From: Chthoniobacteraceae bacterium
GTDB taxonomy: Bacteria > Verrucomicrobiota > Verrucomicrobiia > Chthoniobacterales > Chthoniobacteraceae
Assembly (NCBI GenBank): GCA_040081625.1
Contig: JBEBGD010000115.1
Coordinates: 1-16,767, forward strand
DNA: 16,767 nucleotides
Reading direction: 5' to 3'
The notes under the pieces were generated by a model that was not told the DNA's origin, made no database searches, and saw only the letters and a list, made by a program, of their open reading frames with translations. A program made the position numbers and the translations under genes. The number at the start of each line of letters is the position of its first letter. Within the stretch, counting starts at the first letter, position 1. Of this stretch, positions 1 to 11,929 are shown in pieces.

Positions 1-140
1 GACAGGCGACGCCCAAGCCCGCCGCGCCCGCGCCGAAGCCCGAGGAGAAAAAGCCCAAGCCCGCCACGGCGACGCCTGCTCCGAAACCGGCGGCACCGCC
101 CGCTGCGCCAAAGCCCGCCACACCGCCGCCGGCGAAGTAG
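1..140 (+). CDS. 3' end of a gene with a Pro/Ala/Lys-rich low-complexity C-terminal tail (partial)
   Basis: The frame starting at position 3 reads QATPKPAAPAPKPEEKKPKPATATPAPKPAAPPAAPKPATPPPAK and stops at TAG 138-140. Codon usage is GC3-rich and the gene converges on the FIST gene. Confidence 0.75.
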   Translation, partial: QATPKPAAPAPKPEEKKPKPATATPAPKPAAPPAAPKPATPPPAK

Positions 141-141
141 C

Positions 142-1317
142 TCAGCTAAACAGCGCCAGCGCCGCGGTGTAGCCGTGGATGAAATTGCGCGCGGCGACGG
201 GACCGATCTCGCCGTTGCAGAAAAAGCCGGCGCTCGCGTGTTCGCCGAGAATCTCCGCGAGCACCCGCGCGTCGTGGTGCGGCTCCCCGAAGAGATGCCG
301 GCCGCGGCCCGCGCACGAGAAGACCAGCGACGCGAAAGGCTGCGCGCCTTTCGCCTTCGCATCGGCCAGCAGGTGGCGCATCTCGGCATCGGCGCTCGCG
401 CGATCGCGGAGCTGGAATTGCAGCGTCTGGCCCACGCGGGGTAGCGCGCCGACGGCGAGCACGCCGGCTTGCGGGTCGCCGCCGATGAGATTGCGGACGA
501 GGAAATCGCCGGTCTTGAATTCCTCGATGTATTCGGACATCGCGAGGCCGACGAAGAGGTTGCCCTGCGCGAGCGCCTTGTCCTCGGGCGGCAACGAACC
601 AAATGTCGCGTCGAGAGCCTCGAAGGCCGGGCGCGAACCGAGCGACGTGACCAGGTGCCCCTCGGCTCCGGTGATCGTGAACGGCTCGCCGACCGGGCGG
701 CAGCCCTGGCTCACGAGCGCGTGGACTTTCACGCCGCCCGAGAATCCGATCGCGACGCCGCCTTCTACCAACTCGCGATCGAGGAAGACGAACGCCGTGT
801 CGCCGCGCTGTCCGCCGCTCGCGAGTCCGCCGATCGCCGGCACGCCGGGAAAGGCGGTATTCCACGCATCGAGCCACGGCTCGACGGCGAGCGAGAATGG
901 ATTGGCCACGACGATCCACTCCGCGCACTCCGCACCGCCGCGACTCGCGAGCGCGCGCATCGCGCCGGGCGTCAGTTCGTCGTGTTCGCCGACCGCGGGC
1001 AGGCGCACCGCGTGGACCTGGGTCTGTGGCAGGTGGAGCAGCAGCAGCGTGAAGCCTTCCGCGCTTTCCTCCTCGCGCCCCGCGCCGAGCAAGCCGCTCC
1101 CGCTGCAACCCGCGAGCATCGGGACGTGAGCGTGGAGCTGGATGAGTTCGAGGAAGTCGCGCAGGTTCGGCGCGTAGCCGGAGGAGACGAAGACGAAACC
1201 ACACGTGACTTTTCCGCCGATCTCCGCGAGCGCGTCGTGCGCGAGATCCGTCACGGCCTTCTCGGAGAAGGGGCCGGCGTGGAGGCGGGAGACTGCGCGG
1301 TTGGAGATCGCCGACAT
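142..1317 (-). CDS. FIST N/C domain signal transduction protein (391 aa)
   Basis: Motifs include GCSGSG, IGGLASG, VSQGCRPVGEPFTITGAEG, FLVRNLIGGD, GQTLQFQLRD, FSCAGRG and GFFCNGEIGPV..NFIHGYTA. The start was set at ATG 1317 (MSAIS) to avoid overlapping the upstream gene. Confidence 0.9.
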   Translation of the reverse strand: MSAISNRAVSRLHAGPFSEKAVTDLAHDALAEIGGKVTCGFVFVSSGYAPNLRDFLELIQLHAHVPMLAGCSGSGLLGAGREEESAEGFTLLLLHLPQTQVHAVRLPAVGEHDELTPGAMRALASRGGAECAEWIVVANPFSLAVEPWLDAWNTAFPGVPAIGGLASGGQRGDTAFVFLDRELVEGGVAIGFSGGVKVHALVSQGCRPVGEPFTITGAEGHLVTSLGSRPAFEALDATFGSLPPEDKALAQGNLFVGLAMSEYIEEFKTGDFLVRNLIGGDPQAGVLAVGALPRVGQTLQFQLRDRASADAEMRHLLADAKAKGAQPFASLVFSCAGRGRHLFGEPHHDARVLAEILGEHASAGFFCNGEIGPVAARNFIHGYTAALALFS

Positions 1318-1337
1318 TTTATGGCTTCCGCCCGGAA

Positions 1338-2912
1338 TTATCGCGCGACGGGCGGCGGCGGCTTTTGCGGCCAGTCGTCGGTGCGGAAGGGCGACGCAGG
1401 CAGGCCGGCGCCGTTGATGAGGTTGGCCTCGGGATTGTCGTCCCATCCGTAGCGCACGGCGACGGGCTTGGGCACTTGCCGGCTGCTCACGAGCACGTGA
1501 TCCGCGTCGATCTCGACATCGGCCCAGACGAATTTCCGATCCTCGCCCGCGAGCGCGAAGCCTTTGATCCGCCCGCCGCCGACGGCTTTCAATCCGTCGG
1601 CGTTGCGGAAGCTGAGGCGCATTTTTCCATCCTCCTCCTGCGCGCCGGAGAAGAGCGGGCCGCTGTATTCGATGTCATGGTAATAGACCTGCGCGAGCGC
1701 CGAGAGCGCGAGGCGGCGGCCGACCTCCTGTTTGTTCTTCGGGTGAATGTCGAGCGCCTCGCCGATATCGATCGCCACCGCCATGCCGGTGCGCGGGATC
1801 TCGAGCGTCGCAAACTGGCTCTCGCGCAGCACGGCCCACAAGCTGTCCACGGGCTCGGTGCGACGCGCGCGGTAGTTTGCGAGCTGCACGAAAAGGAACG
1901 GGAACTCCGGGTTGTCCGCGCCGTCGCGTCCGGCCTGCGACCACGCGTGGCGCCAGCTCAGGATCATCGTTGGAAAGAGCGCGCGGTAGAGCTTCGCATC
2001 CTCCTCGCTGTTCGCGTTCGACTCGCCCTGATACCAGATCGCGCCCTGGATCGTGTAAGGCAGCACCGGCTCGATCATGCCGTTGAAGAGGCAGCCGGGC
2101 GCGCCGATCGCGCCATCGCCACGCGGTGGCCGCGGTGGCGGCGGCATCGGCTTGCCATCGGCCTTTGCCTGCTCGCTGGCCGTCACCCATTTCGCGCGCG
2201 CCTCGTCGTAGGCGGCTTTCGCGGCGGGATAGCCTTTCTTATCCGCCTCCCACCGCTCGCCGTAGCCCTTGAATGGCAGCTCACGCTCGATCACCGCGGG
2301 CGGCGTCCAATACTCGGCGGGCGTGCCGCCCCATGAGGTGTGGATGACGCCGACCGGCATCTTCCCTTGCTGATGCAGCTCGCGGGCGAAGAAATATCCC
2401 ACCGCGGAAAACTTGCCGACGTTCTCCGGCGTCGCGACGAACCACGCGCCCTCGCAATCATCCTTCGGCGTGAGCGACGCGGCCTTGGTGAGGATGAACA
2501 TTCGCACCTGCGGAAAATCGGCGGCGGCCTTCTCCTTCTCGAAGTCCTTCGAGTTCGCGACGATCATCTCCATGTTCGACTGTCCGGACGCGACCCATAC
2601 TTCGCCGACGAGCACGTCCTTGATCACCTTCTCGTCCTCGCCAGAGATCGTGAGATCGCCGCTCGCACCGGCGGCGAGCCCCGCGAGGCGTGCGCTCCAT
2701 TTGCCATCCGCCCCGGCCTGCGCGGACGCAGTCTTGCCGGAGAAAGCGACGGTCACTTTCTCGCCCGGCGCAGCCCAGCCCCAGATGTTCACGCGCGCGC
2801 CGCTCTGGAGCACCATGTGATCGCTCACGAGCGCGGGCAGTTTGATTTTGGCGTGGGCCAGCGGAGCGAGTGCGATGGCCGCGAGGATGGAGAAGAGGAG
2901 GCGCTGCTTCAT
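1338..2912 (-). CDS. Secreted sialate O-acetylesterase family (SASA/DUF303, SGNH-type) esterase (524 aa)
   Basis: Signal peptide MKQRLLFSILAAIALAPLAHA, followed by LPALVSDHMVLQ, GEVWVASGQSNM, WGGT, WYQGESN, FVQLAN, DIHPKNK and NGAGLPASPFRTD. Confidence 0.92.
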   Translation of the reverse strand: MKQRLLFSILAAIALAPLAHAKIKLPALVSDHMVLQSGARVNIWGWAAPGEKVTVAFSGKTASAQAGADGKWSARLAGLAAGASGDLTISGEDEKVIKDVLVGEVWVASGQSNMEMIVANSKDFEKEKAAADFPQVRMFILTKAASLTPKDDCEGAWFVATPENVGKFSAVGYFFARELHQQGKMPVGVIHTSWGGTPAEYWTPPAVIERELPFKGYGERWEADKKGYPAAKAAYDEARAKWVTASEQAKADGKPMPPPPRPPRGDGAIGAPGCLFNGMIEPVLPYTIQGAIWYQGESNANSEEDAKLYRALFPTMILSWRHAWSQAGRDGADNPEFPFLFVQLANYRARRTEPVDSLWAVLRESQFATLEIPRTGMAVAIDIGEALDIHPKNKQEVGRRLALSALAQVYYHDIEYSGPLFSGAQEEDGKMRLSFRNADGLKAVGGGRIKGFALAGEDRKFVWADVEIDADHVLVSSRQVPKPVAVRYGWDDNPEANLINGAGLPASPFRTDDWPQKPPPPVAR

Positions 2913-2985
2913 GGAGGATGAAAGTGAACCGCACCGATACGCGAGCCGCCGCGGGGCGCGCGAGGGTTTTCTCTCCGCAGTCCGC

Positions 2986-3612
2986 CTACATCGGCGCGGC
3001 CACCGGCGCGACCGCGCTGCGGACTTCCTCGACGTAGAAAAGCTCGCACGCACCATTACCGGAGTCTTCGCGCCGGCGCGAAGTCGGCCAGCGGAAGCCA
3101 TCCGGCCCGGCCGCATCCACGAGCCAGCCACGCATCTCGACGAGCGCGCCCACGCGCAACGCCTTCACTGCCGCGGCGACATTCTTATTGGCCGCGATGA
3201 TGTGATTGTTCGACGCGCTGCGCTGGATCTCCGCCCGCGCCAGCGGCGCCTGTCCTCGCCACTCGTAGAAGAAAAAGCGGTTACCCATCGTGAGCGTGAA
3301 CTGATCGAGCACGGCCTGATCGCTCATCCTCCCCCACCCCACCGCCACATCCACGGGCACGATGCGCGACTGGATGCCGCTGCGATATCGCTTCGTTCCG
3401 AGCACGCGTCCGCGAAGCTCATAACGTGCGACCGGCAAGAGTTGGAACCCGTTGCGCTCGTCGAGCACGGGCGGCTTCCCGACTTTCTGCACCGGCCCCT
3501 CCGCCACGAGCACACCCGGCGCGTGCCGGATCGGGCGACTGCTCCACCACCACCCCACGCACGTGGCGACGATGAGCAGCAGGATGGAGCGACCGATGGG
3601 CAGACGATGCAC
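2986..3612 (-). CDS. Conserved hypothetical protein with an N-terminal membrane anchor
   Basis: 208-aa ORF with a GTG start (uncertain). Hydrophobic N-terminal segment ILLLIVATCVGWWW, then protein-like motifs YELRGRVL, PVDVAVGWGRMSD, SNNHII and GNGACE. It fills the gap between its neighbours. Confidence 0.75.
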   Translation of the reverse strand: MHRLPIGRSILLLIVATCVGWWWSSRPIRHAPGVLVAEGPVQKVGKPPVLDERNGFQLLPVARYELRGRVLGTKRYRSGIQSRIVPVDVAVGWGRMSDQAVLDQFTLTMGNRFFFYEWRGQAPLARAEIQRSASNNHIIAANKNVAAAVKALRVGALVEMRGWLVDAAGPDGFRWPTSRRREDSGNGACELFYVEEVRSAVAPVAAPM

Positions 3613-3704
3613 CGCTGTGCAGCTAGCAGCACCGGTGCCGCTGCCCGCCGCTGATACGCGAGGCTTTCCCCAGGCCCCATTTGCCTGAATGGTGCGCGCG
3701 CCTC

Positions 3705-4544
3705 ATGCCCCGCCTGCACCACCTCCTTTCCGTCATCCTGGCCGCCGCGCTGCCCGGCTGCGATCGCACTCCACAGGCCGCGCCTGCACAGACCGCCACC
3801 TACGAAGTCCGCGGCGTCGTGCGGATGCTCAAGCCTGGCGCCGCGGTCATCGCCCACGAGGAAATCGCCGGCTACATGGACGCGATGACGATGGAGTTTA
3901 ATCTCCGCGACGCGAACACCCTCGACGGCGTGCAGCCCGGCGACGCGATCGCCTTCCGCCTCTCGGTCACCGACGAGCGCAGTTGGATCGACAACGTCCG
4001 CAAGCTCGGCGCGACCGTGCCCGTGAAGCTCGAGGCACCCGCCGATTCCCTCCAACCCGGCGCGCCGCTCCCCGACTGCGCGCTCGTGAACCAGCGCGGC
4101 AAGCCGTTTCGCCTCCACGATTTCAAGGGCCGCGCGTTTGCCTTCACGTTCATTTTCACCCGCTGCCCGCTGCCCGATTTCTGCCCGCGCATCACCCGCC
4201 AGTTCGCCGCCACGCAGGCCGCGCTGGCAGGTGCGGGAGAAGATGTTCACCTGCTCTCGATCACGCTCGATCCCGACTACGACACGCCCGCGCGTCTCGC
4301 CGAATACGCCGCACCGCACGACACCGCGCGCTGGACCTTCGCCACCGGCTCCCGCGACGAGATCGAAAAGCTCGGCAGCGCGTTCGGCCTGCGAGTCGCG
4401 CGCGATGGCGCGCTGCCCGATCACAACCTGCGCACCGTCGTCGTCGATCCCGCCGGTCGCGTGCAGCGCATCTTCACCGACGCCACATGGACTCCGGCAG
4501 AACTCGCCGCGGAGATCCGCCGCGCGATGGCGTCAGGCCGCTGA
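3705..4544 (+). CDS. Lipoprotein with an N-terminal CusF-like copper-binding domain fused to an SCO1/SenC domain (279 aa)
   Basis: Lipobox LPGC; CusF-like IAHEEIAGYMDAMTMEF; SCO motifs FIFTRCPLPDFCP, LLSITLDPDYDTP, WTFATG and DHNLRTVVVDPAGRV. Confidence 0.9.
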   Translation: MPRLHHLLSVILAAALPGCDRTPQAAPAQTATYEVRGVVRMLKPGAAVIAHEEIAGYMDAMTMEFNLRDANTLDGVQPGDAIAFRLSVTDERSWIDNVRKLGATVPVKLEAPADSLQPGAPLPDCALVNQRGKPFRLHDFKGRAFAFTFIFTRCPLPDFCPRITRQFAATQAALAGAGEDVHLLSITLDPDYDTPARLAEYAAPHDTARWTFATGSRDEIEKLGSAFGLRVARDGALPDHNLRTVVVDPAGRVQRIFTDATWTPAELAAEIRRAMASGR

Positions 4545-5276
4545 CCGCCGCCGCCGACCGTAGGCAAGCGCGCCGAAAACCAGCGCGGCACACGCGAGCA
4601 CGCCGCCGGTGCCAGGCTCCGGCACCACGGTGAATGCGTTGCCGTTATTTCGTGTGACGGTCCCCGGATTGTTGGTCAGCAAATAGTCCGCGGCGTTGTT
4701 GGTGCTGAGATCCGTGTGCGGTCCGTCGAAGAACACTCCTTGGAAGCTCGCCGTAGGAAGCGGACTGCCGAACGGAGCACCAAAATTGCCATCGGAGTCA
4801 TTCTGCGTGGACCCGGTGTTTGTGCCTGTGTATCCCGCGCCGCCCCACGCAAACCCCCAATAAACCAGCCCCGCATTGCTCTCGAAAGTGATCTTACCCG
4901 CCGCGAGATAGCTGGGCGGAATGGGATTCGCGAGGGTGAAGTCCGGTGCAAATGCCGGACCTGCTTCGTTCATCTTCGTGGTGAACGCCGCAGTGGCGAA
5001 CAACACCGTGGAGCCCGCCGCTGACGCCGCCACGCTGGTTGTGGGGTCGAGAAGAATGATCGGATTCAACCCTGCCGCATCCCATGCAAGAATCCTCGAG
5101 TTCCCGATTACGTTTTGGCCAGCTTGTCGCATCCGCAACTGAATGGCCTGCGCAGAGGTGTCCCCGACGAGGCCGCCAAAGACCTGCTCGATCTGCATCA
5201 CGTGGAATCCTGCGAGCGATGCTTGCGCGGCAAGCAATAGGGCGATGGTGGCTGAGGCGAGAGCGCGAGTGTTCAT
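4533..5276 (-). CDS. PEP-CTERM sorting domain surface protein (247 aa)
   Basis: N-terminal signal peptide; C-terminal VPEPG, hydrophobic helix VLACAALVFGALAYG and basic RRRR; the body is rich in Thr/Asn/Gly. Confidence 0.9.
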   Translation of the reverse strand: MNTRALASATIALLLAAQASLAGFHVMQIEQVFGGLVGDTSAQAIQLRMRQAGQNVIGNSRILAWDAAGLNPIILLDPTTSVAASAAGSTVLFATAAFTTKMNEAGPAFAPDFTLANPIPPSYLAAGKITFESNAGLVYWGFAWGGAGYTGTNTGSTQNDSDGNFGAPFGSPLPTASFQGVFFDGPHTDLSTNNAADYLLTNNPGTVTRNNGNAFTVVPEPGTGGVLACAALVFGALAYGRRRRSAA

Positions 5277-5389
5277 GGGCGGGCGGGTAGCTCGCGGACC
5301 GTGGGTTATTCCCGACCACGCGCAATCCTAAACACGAAGAAATTCCGGCAGGCTGGCGCTCGATGGGTTGGCGCGTGTATCCGTCGCGC

Positions 5390-6406
5390 ATGAGTCCCCG
5401 CATCTCCGCAACCGCTCTCCTGCTCGCCGCCGTGGGCGTGCCGCTGAGCCTGCTGTGGGATTACTCGTGGGAATCGACCATCGGCGTCGACCTCTTTTGG
5501 TCGCCACCTCACATGGCGACCTTCCTCGCCGTGCTGCTCGCCGCGCTGTCCGCGCTCGCGCTCGCCATTCGCGAACGCGCGACGAAGCCGGTCGGCGCAT
5601 GGCTCGCGCTCTGGGGCGCGGTCGCCTTCGTCACCGCCGTGAGCTTCGACCTCTGGTGGCAGGCCAGCTACGGACTCGCCGCCGGCATCTGGCATCCGCC
5701 GCAGTTGCTCAAGGCTGCGGCCTTCTTCGCGATCACGATCGGCGCGTGGCTGTGCGCTCCGCGCTCCGGCGCCGCCGCCGTGCTCGCACTGATCGGCGTC
5801 GTCACGCTCCCGCTGACGTTCGCGAACCAGCAACACTCCGCCCCATTCTTCCTCGCCGCCTGCGCCACGTATCCGCTCATCCTCGCCGCAGCGAGCGCGA
5901 GCGGCGGGCGCTTCGCCGCCACGCGCGCGGCGCTCGGCTACACGCTCCTCGTCGGCGCGATGGTGTGGCTGCTCCCGCTCTTTCCAGCGTCGCCGCTCAC
6001 CGGCCCGATCTACCATCCGCGCGATCACCTTTTGCCCCCGCCCTTTCCCCTGCTCCTGATCGCACCCGCGCTCGCGGTCGATCTGCTGCGCGCGCGACCG
6101 GCGCGCGGCGGCGACTGGATCGCCGCGATCGAAGCCGGCCTCGCGTTCTTCGTCGTCTTCACCGCCGTGCAATGGACGTTCGCGTCCTTCCTCCTCTCGC
6201 CAGCGGCCGACAATCGATTCTTCGCCGGCGGCGGAAGGCAGTGGCCGTTCTTCATGCAAATCCATCCCTCGGCCCTGACCACCTTTTGGAAAGTGCCCGG
6301 CGAGGAGTTCACGCTCCCGCGCGCCGTCACCGCCGCCGCGCTCGCGCTGCTCGCGACGCGGCTCGGCCTCGCGCTCGGCCGCCGGATGCAGCCGCTGCAT
6401 CGATGA
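5390..6406 (+). CDS. Uncharacterised polytopic membrane protein with a duplicated DxxWx...PPH-like motif (338 aa)
   Basis: About 9-10 hydrophobic segments. Motifs WDYSWESTIGVDLFWSPPH and FDLWWQASYGLAAGIWHPPQ. Its stop overlaps the next start (ATGA at 6403-6406). An alternative start exists at 5363. Confidence 0.85.
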   Translation: MSPRISATALLLAAVGVPLSLLWDYSWESTIGVDLFWSPPHMATFLAVLLAALSALALAIRERATKPVGAWLALWGAVAFVTAVSFDLWWQASYGLAAGIWHPPQLLKAAAFFAITIGAWLCAPRSGAAAVLALIGVVTLPLTFANQQHSAPFFLAACATYPLILAAASASGGRFAATRAALGYTLLVGAMVWLLPLFPASPLTGPIYHPRDHLLPPPFPLLLIAPALAVDLLRARPARGGDWIAAIEAGLAFFVVFTAVQWTFASFLLSPAADNRFFAGGGRQWPFFMQIHPSALTTFWKVPGEEFTLPRAVTAAALALLATRLGLALGRRMQPLHR

Positions 6407-7834
6407 AGACGCTGCTCTTTCTCCTGCTCATCCCGCTGCTCGCCCACGCGCACGTCGGCAGTCCGAACGTGTTCTTCGACGGCAAGGCCGGGCCGCACTC
6501 GGTTCGCGTGGTCATCCGTCCGCCGGCAGCGCTGCCGGGCGCGGCGCAGATCGACGTGCGAGTCGCAGGAGACGGCGCGGAGCGGGTCACGGTGCAGCCT
6601 GTTTTCTGGAGCGCCGGCGAAAGCGCTGCGCCCGAGCCAACCTCCGCCGCCGCAGTGGACGCTCACCTTTTCAACGCAAGCTGCTGGCTCCTGCGCCGGG
6701 GCTCCTACGCGCTCCGCATCGTGGTCGAGAGCCCGCTCGGACGCGGCGAAGTCGCGGTGCCGCTGCAAGCCACGCCGCTCCAGACCACCGACCTGCCGCC
6801 CGCGCTCGGCGCGACGCTCATCTCGCTCGGCGCGCTTCTCTTTCTCAGCGCCATGTGGATCGCCCACCGCGCCGCCCCGCGCCGCGGCCTCGCCGCGACC
6901 ACGACCGCACTGCTGCTCGCCGGCGCGGTGTCCGGTGGCGCGATGCGCTGGCGGAAGATGGATCGCGATTTCCGCGCGAACATGCTCGCGCGTCCGTCGC
7001 CGGTGAACGCGGAGATTCGCACCGAAGGCGAAATCCACCGCCTGCTGCTCACGCCTCCCGCGGACAGCCTCGCGACGTGGGACACGCTCGTCGCCGATCA
7101 CGGCAAGCTGATGCATTTCTTCCTCGTGCGTGAACCCGGCTTCACGACCTTCGCGCACCTGCATCCCGCCCGGCGCGACGCGCGCAGCTTCGAGGCCGTG
7201 CTCCCGCCACTCCCTCCCGGCCCGCATCAACTCTACGCCGAACTCACGCACGAGAATGGCGCGAGCGAGACGCTCGTCGGGCGCGTCGAAGTCCCCGCGC
7301 CGCTCGGCGTCGCGGCGCAGACTGCGTGGACGATGGCGTATGAAGTCTGGTGCCAGTCATCGCCCACGCCCGCGGGCAACGCCGCCCAACCTTCCGCGCT
7401 GGATCCCGACGACTCGTGGCACGCCGGCCCCGCGCCGGGCGTCGGCGCGCGGGTCAGCCGCCTGATGGGCGGCGGCACCATGGTTTTCCAAAACGCCGGC
7501 GACATCATCGCCGATCGCGAGACCTCGCTGCGATTCGCCGTCTTCACTCCGGGCGGGGAAGCCGCAACGCTCCAGCCTTACATGGGCATGGCCGGCCACG
7601 CCGTCATCCGCCGCAGCGACGGCGCGGTCTTCACGCACCTGCATCCCGTCGGCACGATCTCGATGGCCGCGCAGCAAATCTTCACCGCCTCCACGGCGAC
7701 GCGAGTCCCCATGAGCCCGCTGCCGGGCAACGAGATCACGTTTCCCTACGCGTTCCCGCGCGCCGGCGACTACCGCGTGTGGGTGCAGGTGCGGCTCGAT
7801 GGCCGCGTCGTGACGGGCGTGTTCGACGTGCCGG

Positions 7835-7851
<17 letters not shown>
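6403..7851 (+). CDS. Exported, membrane-anchored His/Met-rich putative metal-binding protein (482 aa)
   Basis: Signal peptide [16 protein letters not shown] followed by HVGSP; two central hydrophobic helices; two repeats ending in HLHP (DHGKLMH...FAHLHP and PYMGMAGH...FTHLHP); C-terminal [12 protein letters not shown]. Confidence 0.85.
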
Positions 7852-11518
<3,667 letters not shown>

Positions 11519-11564
11519 TGGGAGCCGAAAGAGAATCGCTTTCCGCGCTTAGTTCAAGGAACGA

Positions 11565-11590
11565 ATCATCATATCGTGATTGGATGATGG
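11565..11590. promoter_or_regulatory. Candidate palindromic operator upstream of metH
   Basis: AT-rich ATCATCATATCGTGATTGGATGATGG contains ATCATC-N12-GATGAT and atATC-N10-GAT, about 50-70 bp upstream of the metH start. Confidence 0.4.
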
Positions 11591-11672
11591 GTAAGAACTT
11601 CAATTTCTCCTTCCGGCCATCCTGCCGCAGCGAAGTTGGAAAATGGGTTCGTTTGGCAAAAGTCGTATTCGC

Positions 11673-11846
11673 TCACCCACGGTCGGAGACTTCCACGGTC
11701 AGCGGCGCGGGGATCGCCTCGCCGCGCCGCATCCGCTGCACGCGTTCGAGCTGCGCCATCGCCCGATGCATCTGCCGCTCCAGCTTCGGCTCGTAGCGCA
11801 GGATTTTGTCGAGCGTCTCCGCCGACGGCAGCACCGCCGACGGCAG
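11673..11846 (-). pseudogene. C-terminal fragment of a hypothetical protein, 5' part lost
   Basis: LPSAETLDKILRYEPKLERQMHRAMAQLERVQRMRRGEAIPAP is protein-like with host codon usage. It has no credible start of its own and is fused in frame to an MmeI-like remnant. Confidence 0.6.
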
Positions 11847-11853
11847 CACCGCC
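11819..11853. repeat. 15-bp tandem duplication (CCGCCGACGGCAGCA x2 + CCGCC)
   Basis: Exact copies at 11819-11833 and 11834-11848, encoding AVLPS-AVLPS on the minus strand. Confidence 0.9.
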
Positions 11854-11918
11854 GCGGCGGCGACTTCGCCAATCTGCGCGCACGTCGGGATCTGCGGCCA
11901 AGGGAAGGTGTCGAAGGT
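11847..11918 (-). pseudogene. Short remnant resembling the C-terminal region of an MmeI-like Type IIG/IIL R-M enzyme
   Basis: Translates to TFDTFPWPQIPTCAQIGEVAAAAV. The FDTFPWP motif resembles the (V/Y)(F/N)xxFP(F/W)P motif near the C-terminus of MmeI/YeeA-like proteins. It is on the same strand as the N-terminal fragment at 13850-14455. Confidence 0.6.
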
Positions 11919-11929
11919 GAAGCAGGCGC

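Noticed and set aside
1..140. Repetitive AAGCCCG units as a possible CRISPR or DNA repeat array
   Set aside because: Explained by a low-complexity PKPA-type protein tail; there is no repeat-spacer periodicity.
5368..6402. N-terminal 345 codons of the 827-aa ORF
   Set aside because: Arg-rich alternate-frame translation overlapping the membrane protein gene. The real start is ATG 6403, supported by the signal peptide and the ATGA coupling.
11519..11672. Possible SAM or cobalamin riboswitch upstream of metH
   Set aside because: I could not find the conserved cores of SAM-I, SAM-II, SAH or cobalamin riboswitches on the minus strand. An Rfam scan would settle it.
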